A stretch of DNA of 63,623 nucleotides, counting the filler, from Chiloscyllium plagiosum (lineage: Eukaryota): NCBI RefSeq assembly GCF_004010195.1. It is 3 parts of one record of this genome, joined end to end, with 100 filler letters (N's around TTAATTAATTAA, not from the genome) between each part and the next. Parts side by side here need not be neighbours in the genome. Positions count along the whole stretch, not along the records: positions 1 to 27,817 come from NC_057711.1; 2 more parts are not named here. One strand, 5' to 3'. Positions 1 through 10,577 of this stretch are shown piece after piece; position 1 is the first letter of the stretch, and the number at the start of each line of letters is the position of its first letter. Both the position numbers and the translations under genes were made by a program. The notes beneath the pieces were generated by a model, which saw only the letters and a program-made list of their open reading frames with translations, was not told the DNA's origin and searched no databases.

Positions 1-1800
1 ATAGCTTTGGCAAATAGAATTAAGGAGAATCCAAAGGGTTTTTACAAATACGTTAAGGACAAAAGGGTAGCTAGGGAGAGAATAGGGCCCCTCAAAGATC
101 AGCAAAGCGGCCTTTGTGTGGAGCCGCAGAAAATGGGAGAGACACTAAATGAGTATTTTGCATTAGCATTTACTGTGGAAAAGGATATGGAAGATATAGA
201 ATGTAGGAAAATAGATGGTGACTTCTTGAAAAATGTCCATATTACAGAGGAGGATTAGCTGGAAGTCTCGAAATGCATAAAGGTGGATAAATCACCAAGA
301 CCTGATCAGGTGTACCCTAGAACTCTGTGGGAAGCTAGGGAAGTGATTGCTGGGCCTCTTGCTGAGATATTTGTATCATTGATAGTCACTGGTGAGGTGC
401 CAGACAAGCAAGGAAAGTATAGACCAATGAGCCTGATGTCAGTGGTGGGCATGTTGTTGGAGGGAATCCTGAGGGACAGGATGTATATGTATTTGGAATG
501 GCAAGGACTGATTAGGGATAGTCAACATGGCTTTGTGCGTGGGAAATCATGTCTCACAAACTTGATTGAGTGTTTTGAAGAAGTAACAAAGAGGATTGAT
601 GAGGGCAGAGCAATAGACTTGATCTATGTGGACTTCAATAAGGCCTTTTGACAAGATTCCCCATGGGAGACTGGTTAGCAAGGTTAGATATCACGGAATA
701 CAGGGAGAACTAGCCATTTGGATACAGAACTGGCTCAAAGGTAGAAGACAGAGGGTGGTGGTGGAGGGTTGTTTTTCAGACTGGAGGCCTGTGACCAGTG
801 GAGTGCCACAAGGATTGTGCTGGGTCCTCTACTTTTTGTCATTTATATAAATGATTTGGATGCAAGCATAAGAGGTATAGTTAGTAAGTTTGCAGATGAC
901 ACCAAAATTGGAGGTGTAGTGGGCAGTGAAGAGGGTCACCTCAGATTACAACAGGATCTTGATCAGATGGGCCAATGGGCTGAGAACTGGCAGGTGGAGT
1001 TTAATTCAGATAAATGCGAGGTGCTGCATTTTGGGAAAGCAAATCTTAGCAGGACTTATACACTTAATGGTAAGGTCCTAGAGAGTGTTGCTGAACAAAG
1101 AGACCTTGGAGTGCAGGTTCATAGCTCCTTGAAAGTGGAGCCGCAGGTAGAAAGGATAATGAAGAATGCGTTCTTTATTGGTCACAGTATTGAGCACAGG
1201 AGTTGGGATGTCATGTTAAGGCTGTATAGGTCATTAGTTCTGCCACTGTTGGAATATTGCATGCAATTCTGGTCTCCTTCCTATCGGAAATATGTTGTGA
1301 AATTTCAAAGGGTTCAGAAAAGATTTAGAAGGATGTTGCCAGGATTGGAGGATTTGAGCTACAGAGAGACGCTGAACAGGCTGGGGCTGTTTCCCCTGCA
1401 GCATCGGTGGCAGAGGGGTGACATTATAGAGGTTTACAAGATTATGAGGGGCATGGATAGAATAAATAGACAAAGTCTTTTCCCTGGGGTGGGGGATTCC
1501 AGAACTAGAGAGCATAGGTTTAGGGTGAAAGGAGAAAAATATAAAAGAGACCTAAGGGGCAACTTTTTCACACAGAGGATGGTACATGTATAGAATGAGC
1601 TGCCAGAGGAAGTGGTGGTGGCTGGTACAATTGCAACATTTAAAAGGCATTTCATGGGTATATGAATAGGAAGGGTTTGGAGGGATATTGTCCGGCTACT
1701 GACACGTGGGACTAGATTGGGTGGGGATATCTGGTCAGCATGGACGGGTTGGACCGAAGGATCTGTTTCCATACTGTACATCTCCAAGACTCTATGACTA
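1..1800 (+). mobile_element. CR1-clade LINE, decayed ORF2 (RT) plus 3' tail, running off the window start
   Basis: Frameshifted ORFs 7-258, 283-651, 626-850 and 769-1593 with CR1 RT motifs (QHGFVRGKSCLTNL, SGVPQG..LGPLLFVIYINDLD, SKFADDTK, LEYC.QFWSP). Ends in a CTATGACT-type tail near 1790. Confidence 0.95.
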
Positions 1801-2133
1801 AAATGATGGCGCTAATCATAGCATGGCCAGATATTGATCCACAACTACAATTCTCTGTGCAGTTAGTCCCTCATTCTTCCAAGTCACTAACTGGGGAGGT
1901 ACCCGATAGAAGGCAGATACTTCCTCATAGCAGCAGAATATAGAGAGAGAGAGAAAGAGAGACATAACTATTTCACTTGCTGGTTGATTTTTCAATGTGT
2001 ATTCTTTATTAGATATATAGGCATCAATTATAAATGTCAAGCTTCTATTATCATATATTTTCATTTAGTTTTAAATGTACCCTCATTGGAGGACATCGGT
2101 TTAATAGCTACATTAAATCAAAGCATAATATGT

Positions 2134-2379
2134 AAAAGGAGTTTAAGGGGCAACTTTTTCATGCAAATGGAATGGGCTTCCAGAAGAAGTGGTAGCAGCT
2201 GGTTCGAATACAACATTTAAAAGCCAGATGTGGGTATATGAATAGGAAGGGTTCAGAGGGTTATGGGCCAAATGCTGGCAAATGGGACTAGATTTATATG
2301 GGATATCTGTTTGACATGGACAAGTTGGACCAAAGAGTCTGTTTCCATGCTGTATGTCTCTATGACTCTATGACTCTAT
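2134..2379 (+). mobile_element. CR1 LINE 3'-end fragment
   Basis: Similar to 1540-1800; ends in (CTATGACT)n. Confidence 0.85.
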
Positions 2380-3091
2380 CTTTTCACTGGCATGACACCA
2401 AGATTGTAATTGTACTTAGTGACTTATAAATCTAATAAAGGAGGCATTCACTCCAACTTCTGTTTGTACTTCAGATTTTACATGTGTCGCGTTTCCATTT
2501 TCAGGTGGTGGAACTATTGCATTACAATTATCTTACATTATTTAAGTAGTTGAAAAGCAAGTAGTCTGAACTAAAAGCCATTAATATCCTGTTCTCATGT
2601 CCATATTGCTAAAATCCAGTAGAATGAAAAATGTTAGAGCTTGACCTTGTGATATTAATGATGACACCTGTTTATTTGGATGGTTTTCTGATGCAATGCC
2701 AATTTTTGTGCAATAGCATTAATTTCCACTGTAAGAAGACTTGAAAAATTTAATAGATAGAGTCATAAAGTCAAATAGATGTGGGATTATGACCAAGTGC
2801 AAGAATGAGTGCACTATACTAAAGACAAAGAAAAAAGCCATTCCAAGGTGCAACATAAGAGAAAAAGCAAGAACACATCTTGGACATTTGGGCAGTGTGG
2901 TGGCTCAGTGGTTAGCACTGCTGCCTCATAGCACCAGGCTTCAATTCCAAACTCGGGCGACTGCCTGTGTGGAATTTGCACATTCTCCCTTTGTCCGCAT
3001 GGTTTCCATCGGGTGCTCTGGTTTCCTCCTACAGTTCAAAGAAGTGTAGGCCACATGGATTGATCATGCTAAATTGCCTGTAGTGTTCAGG

Positions 3092-4497
3092 AATAAAGTG
3101 AGGACTGCAGATGCTGGAGACCAGAGTTGAGAAGTGTGGTGCTGGAAAAACACAGCAGGCCAGGCAGCATCCGAGAAGCAGGAGAATCGACGTTTCAGGC
3201 ATAAGCTCTTCTTCAGGAATGAGGCTGGTGTGCCAAGCAGGCTGAGATAAAAGGTTAGGGGGGAGGGGCGCTGGGAATACGATAGGTGGAAGGAGGTGAG
3301 GGTGAGGGTGATAGGCCGGAGAGGGGGTGGGGGCGGAGAGGTCGGGAAGAAGATTGCAGNNNNNNNNNNNNNNNNNNNNNNNNNNNNNNNNNNNNNNNNN
3401 NNNNNNNNNNNNNNNNNNNNNNNNNNNNNNNNNNNNNNNNNNNNNNNNNNNNNNNNNNNNNNNNNNNNNNNNNNNNNNNNNNNNNNNNNNNNNNNNNNNN
3501 NNNNNNNNNNNNNNNNNNNNNNNNNNNNNNNNNNNNNNNNNNNNNNNNNNNNNNNNNNNNNNNNNNNNNNNNNNNNNNNNNNNNNNNNNNNNNNNNNNNN
3601 NNNNNNNNNNNNNNNNNNNNNNNNNNNNNNNNNNNNNNNNNNNNNNNNNNNNNNNNNNNNNNNNNNNNNNNNNNNNNNNNNNNNNNNNNNNNNNNNNNNN
3701 NNNNNNNNNNNNNNNNNNNNNNNNNNNNNNNNNNNNNNNNNNNNNNNNNNNNNNNNNNNNNNNNNNNNNNNNNNNNNNNNNNNNNNNNNNNNNNNNNNNN
3801 NNNNNNNNNNNNNNNNNNNNNNNNNNNNNNNNNNNNNNNNNNNNNNNNNNNNNNNNNNNNNNNNNNNNNNNNNNNNNNNNNNNNNNNNNNNNNNNNNNNN
3901 NNNNNNNNNNNNNNNNNNNNNNNNNNNNNNNNNNNNNNNNNNNNNNNNNNNNNNNNNNNNNNNNNNNNNNNNNNNNNNNNNNNNNNNNNNNNNNNNNNNN
4001 NNNNNNNNNNNNNNNNNNNNNNNNNNNNNNNNNNNNNNNNNNNNNNNNNNNNNNNNNNNNNNNNNNNNNNNNNNNNNNNNNNNNNNNNNNNNNNNNNNNN
4101 NNNNNNNNNNNNNNNNNNNNNNNNNNNNNNNNNNNNNNNNNNNNNNNNNNNNNNNNNNNNNNNNNNNNNNNNNNNNNNNNNNNNNNNNNNNNNNNNNNNN
4201 NNNNNNNNNNNNNNNNNNNNNNNNNNNNNNNNNNNNNNNNNNNNNNNNNNNNNNNNNNNNNCCCCACCTCTCCGCACCCACCCCCTCTCCAGCCTATCAC
4301 CCTCACCCTGACCTCCTTCCACATATTGTATTCCCAGCACCCCTCCTCCAAATCCCCTCCCCCCTACCTTTTATCTCAGCCCGCTAGGCATACCAGCCTC
4401 ATTCCTGAAGAAGGGCTTATGCCTGAAATGTCGATTCTCCTGCTCCTTGGATGCTGCCTGGCCTGCTGTGTTTTTCCAGCACCACACTTCTCGACAA
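3092..4497. mobile_element. Penelope-like element with inverted termini, each carrying a hammerhead motif; interior hidden by the N gap
   Basis: About 3126-3340 is the reverse complement of about 4262-4494. 14-bp TSD CTGTAGTGTTCAGG (3078-3091) / CTGTGGTGTTCAGG (4498-4511). Hammerhead motifs at 3185-3220(-) and 4401-4436(+). Confidence 0.8.
3360..4261. other. assembly gap (902 N)
   Basis: Run of N. Confidence 1.
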
Positions 4498-4689
4498 CTG
4501 TGGTGTTCAGGGATGAATAGGTTAGGTGACTTAGCCATGGAAAGTATAGGGTGGGGAATGGGTCTGCGTGGGATGCGCTTCGGGGCGGCTTGTTGGGCCA
4601 ATTGGCCTGTTTCCACATTGTGAGGATTCTATGAAGTATACTGACATCTGATGTCAGAACTGAAATTTGAAAAAGAATGTAATAAACCA

Positions 4690-4770
4690 CAGAAATAGCT
4701 GGGAAATGCAGCAGGTCTAGCAGCGTCTGTGGAGGGAAAACAGAATCAACATTTTGGGTCCAGTGACCAT
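4690..4770 (-). mobile_element. PLE terminal fragment
   Basis: GCTGGGAAATGCAGCAGGTCTAGCAGCGTCTGTGGAG matches the PLE termini at 38970 and 50815. Confidence 0.55.
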
Positions 4771-4789
4771 TGTTAGTATGGGGGTTTTT

Positions 4790-5077
4790 CTTCCATTTGC
4801 CTCGGGCGACTGTCTGTGTGGAGTTTACTCATTCCCCCTGTGCCTGTGTGGGTTTCCTCTCGGTGCTCCGGTTTCCTCCCACAAACCAAAGATGTGCAGG
4901 TTAGATGAATTGGCCATGCTAAATTGCCCAAAATGTTCAGGGATGGATAGGTTTGATGGATTAACCATGCAAAATGTAAAGTAATAGGATAGGGGAATGA
5001 GTCTGGCTGGGTTAGTGTTCGGTTGGTATGGATGTTTTGGGCCTAATGGCCTGTTTCCATACTGTAGAGATTCTATG
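4790..5077 (+). mobile_element. HE1-type SINE, 5'-truncated
   Basis: GCCTCGGGCGACTGTCTGTGTGGAG...GGCCATGCTAAATTGCCC...GGCCTGTTTCCATACTGTAG. Confidence 0.85.
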
Positions 5078-5194
5078 AAATCATTCAGCCACCTCACGCC
5101 ACTTAACCACTTAATCTCCCTTCATTAGCATTTGACATCCTTCTTCCTTCATGGTCTTTTACTATTAGTGCCAAGCTATCAGGTACAGAAAGTA

Positions 5195-5415
5195 TCAACA
5201 AATGCTGGAGATCACTGCGGGTCAGACAGCATCCATGGAGAGAGAGCAAGCTAACGTTTTGAGTCTAGGTGACTCTTCATCAGAGCTGAAGTGAAGTAAT
5301 GAAGAGCCATCTAGACTCTAAATGTTAGCTTGCTCATGGATGCTGTCTGACCCACTGTGATCTCCAGCATTTTTTGTTTTCAGTACAGATTCAAGCATCT
5401 GCAGTAATTTGTTCC
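5195..5415. mobile_element. miniature hairpin PLE derivative centred on decayed hammerheads
   Basis: Arms ~5197-5285 and ~5299-5375 are reverse complements. Minus strand reads CTGATGAAGAGTCACCTAGACTCAAAACGTTA (G12 lost). Right arm extends into the CAGCATCTGCAG-type tail. Confidence 0.7.
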
Positions 5416-5454
5416 TATGGAAAGCATCAAAACCACCCATACACTATTTTGTTC

Positions 5455-5770
5455 GTGACTTGGGTTCAATTCTAGCCTTGGGTAATTCTCTGTGTGGAAT
5501 TTGCACATTCTCCCTGTGTCTGTGTGGGTTTCCTCAGAGTGCTCCACTTTCCTCCCACAGTCCAAAAATGTGTAGTTTCGGTGGATTGGCCATGCTAAAT
5601 TGGCCATAATGTCCAAGGATGTGTAGGCTAGGTGGATTAGCCACGGAATACACAGGATTACAGGGATAGGGCAGGGGTCTGGTTGGCATGCTGTTCAGAG
5701 GGTCAGTACAGACTTGATGGGCCAAATGGCCTCGCTCTGCACTGTAGGGATTCTGTGATTCTATTCTGTG
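5455..5770 (+). mobile_element. HE1-type SINE, head partly missing
   Basis: GGTTCAATTC B-box remnant, V-domain and GGGATTCTGTGATTCT tail. Confidence 0.85.
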
Positions 5771-5986
5771 AATTTAATGTTGAAGAAATGTAATTTTTCC
5801 TCCTCCAGCCCTACTCCTCCAGTAGAAACAACTAATTATAAATTCAACCACATTGTTGTATGGCTGATTTTACAGGTCTCAGACTGTCAGGTTCAGTATT
5901 AACAGCAAGTCACCAGGTTTCTTCAGCAACAAAAAAACAACTGTTTAATTCCCAAAAACAAAGACTTTAAACACCTGACCACAGAA

Positions 5987-6120
5987 TGCAAAATATGAGC
6001 CATTGTTTAGACCCAACCAACTGAGAATTGCAAGTGTTGCTCTGAATTTTGTAAAACCCAGGCAGAATTTTGGATTTTGGGTATAACTCTGACTCTCAGG
6101 GTTACTGTGCTAGGAGCCAT
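5987..6120 (+). repeat. 134-bp segment with an inverted copy at 10444-10577
   Basis: Manual alignment: 7 mismatches in 134 bp, no indels. Confidence 0.9.
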
Positions 6121-6475
6121 TACCCAACTGTGAATTTCTTTGAATTTGACAAACATCAGTCAGAGGACTTGCTCATCATCCAATTAAGAGTTAAAGATAA
6201 ACTTTCAAAGCTGGAGGAGTTATAAAAGGCTCACCAATGTTGAAAGTGCCACTGCCTGCTGTTTTGGGTATAGTGAAGAGAAAGGGCATTTACACCTTCA
6301 GACATGTCCTTCTCAGCGATTTCACTTTTAGCAGAAAAGTGGTGACAGCTGTCAGGCCATCATCATGGAAGAAGAGCTCCTTCAACAGTGTCTTCATACG
6401 CTGAGGACAACTCAGGTAGTTGGAGGGAACTTAAAGGTTTGCCTGCAGCCCTTGTACTGGACTCCTATTTAGATG

Positions 6476-6674
6476 TCAAGATTAGAGTGGTGCTGGAAAA
6501 GCATAGCAGGTCTGGCAGGATCCGAGGGACAGGAAAATCGGCGTTTCAGGATGAAGGACTCCTGCCCGAAAAGTCGATTTTCCTGCACCTCGAATGCTGC
6601 CTGACCTGCTATTCTTTTCCAGCACCACTCTAATCTTGACTCTAATCTCCAGCATCTGCAGACCTCATTTTCTT
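6476..6674. mobile_element. miniature hairpin PLE derivative with 11-bp TSD
   Basis: TSD CTATTTAGATG at 6465-6475 and 6675-6685. Inverted arms meet inside the hammerhead motif; ~35-nt unpaired tail containing CTCCAGCATCTGCAG on the right. Confidence 0.8.
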
Positions 6675-6881
6675 CTATTTAGATGCCCTATTTTCCACAT
6701 TTCACAAAGGGCCAGCAGGCCAATTAGAAAGTTCCAGTAACCACTGAAATAACCTTTTCACCCTGGATCTCCAGTCTTGGAATATGGCCCAGTTGGAGGC
6801 AGCATGTGCTGAAATACAGGAATACTGTTCAGCCGTATAAAATTAATTGCCTCCCTATTTTTGTTCTCATTCTCAAACAGT

Positions 6882-7555
6882 GTTAAAAATCACACAACAC
6901 CAGGTTATAGTCCAACAGGTTTATTTGGAAGCACAAGCTTTCGGAGTGCTGCTCCTTCATCAGGTGGTTGTGGAGTATAAGCTCATAAGACACAGAATTT
7001 ATAGCAAAGGTTTATAGTGTGGTGTAACTGAAATGAGATATTGAAAAAGACCTGGATTGTTTGTTAAGTCTCTCATCTTTTAGAATGACCATGTTGGTTT
7101 CAGTTGTTTCATATGTAAATCGCAAAACGGATTTTTAGATTAGAATCAGTCTGACCATTGTCGCACAGACAGTCTCACATAGGGAAGCTCACACCTTCAG
7201 TGCATTATCTGAGCCGACATGACACCAATTGTTAAAGTTTACTTGAGAATGGAACTTTGAAAAAACGTTTTGCGATTTACATATGAAAGAACTGAAACCA
7301 ACATGGTCATTGTAAAAGATGAGAGATTTGACAAACAATCCAGGTCTCTTTCAATATATAATCTCAGTTACAGCACATTATAAACTTTGCTATAAATTCT
7401 GTGTCTTACAATCTTATACTCCACAACCACCTGATGAAGGAGCAGCGCTCCGAAAGCTAGTGCTTCCAAATCAATCTGTTGAACTATAACCTGGTGTTGT
7501 GAGATTTTAAACTTTGTACACTCCAGTCCAACACCGGCTCTTCCAAATCATGACT
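6882..7555. mobile_element. inverted-repeat PLE derivative (second family, GTTAAAAATCACACAACACCAGG termini) with two hammerhead motifs
   Basis: About 6882-7130 is the reverse complement of about 7265-7512. Imperfect TSD CAAACAGTGT/CAAACAATGT; ~40-nt right tail. Confidence 0.8.
7428..7462 (+). ncRNA. minimal type I hammerhead ribozyme motif (PLE-type), core intact
   Basis: CAC-CUGAUGA-A-GGAGC(AGC)GCUCC-GAA-AGCU-A-GUG: stem I CAC/GUG, 5-bp stem II, palindromic AGCU in place of stem III, UA cleavage site. Inverted partner at 6932-6966. Confidence 0.75.
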
Positions 7556-9184
7556 TCCAAACAATGTCTGCGTAAAGCACATTTCGGTAGCTCAGTAGTG
7601 GAAATAAAATTGTTAAATTCTAAACTGTGAATTTGCTATGAAGATTTGAAAGGTCTCTCATTTAGGTTGCAATATTGTTCAGACATACAACATAAAGTGT
7701 CTAAAACATTATTTTAAAATGATTTTATCCCAATTATGAATTGCCATCTGAAAACACAAAGTTTTGAAGAAGAGTTTTCATGTTTTCATGAAGAGTTATA
7801 ATCTTAATTCTCACTGCTGCAATCTGAATTTGAAGAAGTGGCCATAGTTGTTGCAGATTCTCAGTAAATTGCCTACTTGACTAATGCAAGTACAGTATGA
7901 CCTATGGACACAAATGTTACTTCAATAAACACATCCATAATAGGGTAGTTGTATGAATAACAAGAGTGAGGAAGGGTGATTAAATCTAATGCTGAAGGTG
8001 AAGGGGAAAAAGAAGTGAACATTTTTAAATTTGCTTGTAAATTATGTTGGCAGGAATTATGGAAATAACTAAGTAAATGGAAACATACGGAAGACTACTG
8101 AAGTCAGAGGTGATTGCTGCTTGATGCTAGAAAGTTTATTGTTGTCAAAACCTGTTGTCTTGGAAATGAAGAGGCTGTTAGGGTACAAATCTCACCTTGC
8201 AATCTGTGTTTAATTTAGTTTGGGATTGGCGTGAGGTGTTAAAATTATGGTTTTATTCACTACATTACTACCCAACCCCATCCATTTTATTAGATGGTTC
8301 TTATTACAGTGGTGGAAAAATAAATCAACATTTGTAGTAGTTTAATTTGAAGAAAGAAAGTAATAATAAATATGTACATATAATCATGCAAACTCTTAGA
8401 TTTCTTGTGGAAACATTCTATGAAAGATCATACAATACAGGTTGAACACTTGTTTGCCCTTTCTCTAGATTTTCATCTTCAATTTCTTCAATTTCTCACT
8501 CTTCTTTAGTTTGGATAATAAACTGGCAGAACAGAAGCACAGCAGCTAATAATGAAGTAAGGCAGTCCTCAAGTGCTATTGGTAAATTGTAGATGTAGTG
8601 AATATGTATAATTATCTTATCTTCTGTGGTGCATTACAAATATTTTAGTTTGACTAAATCTGAATTGTGTTGTGTGTTTAGGATGCCCAGCTTCATCAGA
8701 ATGAGAGCTACTTTCCTTACGTTTTGAGACATGACCATTTGGCTGAATCACATGCAATGTGGTTGCTTCATAAGCCTCTGGCAAAAAACCTCGAGGTACA
8801 ACATTGATATAGAATGGCATTAATGTTAGCATAGAGCAAACATGCCCACCACTTACAACCATGACAAAATGTCTGGCTTTATGTCTGTGCTAAAAGGCAG
8901 GACAAGCCTGATCTACCAGTTCTAAATGAGGCCACAAAGCACAAAAAGGAAAGACAAGGCAGTGATGCTGTTGGCATCATAATAGACATGAATTATGTGA
9001 GTGCTAAGAAAGAAAGTGAAAAGTTCTGAAATGCACATTGCTCCAGTACTTGAGTTGGATGCTGTTCCCTGTGCACGAAGCAGCCTGGCAACAGGATGAC
9101 AATGAATAATGTCTGTGCATTCCAAAGCATTGAAGTGGAGAACTGTTTTTTAAGTGGAATGGAGATGTATCATGATGATGTGGT

Positions 9185-9960
9185 CAAGTTGGTGTATGGC
9201 CAATTCTAGCCTTTGGTCCAATTATCTAAAGAAAGATATCATTTCATTAGAGAGAGGTCAGAGAAGGTTCACTAGACTGATCATCGGTGTGGGTGGATGT
9301 GTTGTTATTCAAAGGTTAAACTAGTTTGGACTCTGTCCATCAGAGTTTAAAAGAATGGGCGGCATGGTGGCACAGTGGTTAGCACTGCTGCCTCACAGCG
9401 CCAGAGACCCGGGTTCAATTCCCGCCTCAGGCGACTGACTGTGTGGAGTTTGCACGTTCTCCCCGTGTCTGCGTGGGTTTCCTCCGGGTGCTCCGGTTTC
9501 CTCCCACACTCCAAAAGATGTGCAGGTCAGGTGAATTGGCTATGCTAAATTGCCCGTATTGTTAGGTAAGGGGTAAATGTAGGGGTATGGGTGGGTTACG
9601 CTTCGGCGGGTCGGTGTGGACTTGTTGGACCGAAGGGCCTGTTTCCACACTGTAAGTAATCTAATCTAATCTAACCTAATGAGAGGTGATCTCATTGACA
9701 CATACAGGCTACGTAAGGGGTCTGACAGGGTAAATGATGAGAGGACGTTTCCCTTCCAGGACCAGAGGGCATATTCTTAGAATAAAGGGATGTTAATTTA
9801 AAACTGAAATGAGGAAGAATTTCTTCTCTCAGAGGATTGTGGGTCTTTGAAACTCCTGGCCACAGAGACATGTGGGAGCGGACTCCATGTATATATTTAA
9901 GGCTGTGATTGACAGATTCTTGATCTGTAGGGGAATCAAGAGTTCTTCAGAATAGGATTT
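9185..9960 (+). mobile_element. old CR1 3' fragment interrupted by a young HE1-type SINE
   Basis: Decayed CR1 3' motifs (AAGGTTCACTAGACTGAT, GAATGAGAGGTGATCTCATTGA, GAGGAAGAATTTCTTCTCTCAGAGG). Confidence 0.7.
9358..9677 (+). mobile_element. full-length, CpG-rich (young) HE1-type SINE
   Basis: A box TGGCACAGTGG, B box GGTTCAATTCC, V domain, (CTAAT)n tail, 4-bp AATG duplication. Confidence 0.92.
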
Positions 9961-10443
9961 CATGCTATGACTTTTAATCTAAAACACAGGTCTCAAAGAT
10001 TCTACTTTTATATGAGTATGTGCGGCAAGTTTAACAGCGTGTTTTCTACGTACTCTTGGCTAACAGGTTTGCTGATATTGGAGCAAACCTTTTCAATGAA
10101 TATATGTCAATCTTAATGCCATAATCCAATTTATTGTAGTCATTAGTATTATTTGGTTAGACTAATTTGAATCATTCCACTTAGCTCAATACATTGTATT
10201 GAAAGATTGCTGACCTTTTAAATGTTAAAATTAGTTTAAATGACTTTGATACGTTTCCAAGAAAAATATGTTTTTGGCCCGAATGTGTCATCAAGAAGAG
10301 GGTATGACTAGGATCTTAGTAGGTGTTAGGTCAAGTGACAATGCAGGGATAATTATTTGATGAAAAATATTTTCTAGAATTTTAGAACAAAATAAGTAAA
10401 TGACTGTCTATGTCTATGGCTAACTGTATAACTATGACTAACT

Positions 10444-10577
10444 ATGGCTCCCAGCACAGTAACCCTGAGAGTCAGAGTCATAGCCAACATCCAAAATTCT
10501 GCCTGGGTTTTACAAAATTCAGAGCAACATTTGTAATTCTCAGTTGGTTGGGTCTAAGCAATGGCTCATATTTTGCA
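10444..10577 (-). repeat. inverted copy of 5987-6120
   Basis: About 95% identical reverse complement; flanked by scrambled CTATGAC-like filler. Confidence 0.9.

Larger units (their letters stand above)
2890..4633 (+). mobile_element. HE1-type (V-domain) tRNA-derived SINE, split by a PLE insertion into 2890-3091 and 4498-4633
   Basis: A-box-like GGTGGCTCAGTGGTTAGCAC, V-domain TGTGTGGAATTTGCACATTCTCCCC, CR1-like tail. SINE sequence resumes after the duplicated CTGTRGTGTTCAGG. Confidence 0.85.

Noticed and set aside
3029..4520. Six long ORFs of 340-440 aa
   Set aside because: They are open only because they run through 902 Ns.
8682..8795. Possible 38-codon exon (DAQLHQNESYFPYVLRHDHLAESHAMWLLHKPLAKNLE)
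   Set aside because: Weak polypyrimidine tract, weak donor (GTACAA), no recognisable homology; expected by chance.
9358..9430. tRNA gene
   Set aside because: The A/B boxes continue into a V domain and LINE-like tail; this is a SINE head repeated many times in the window.
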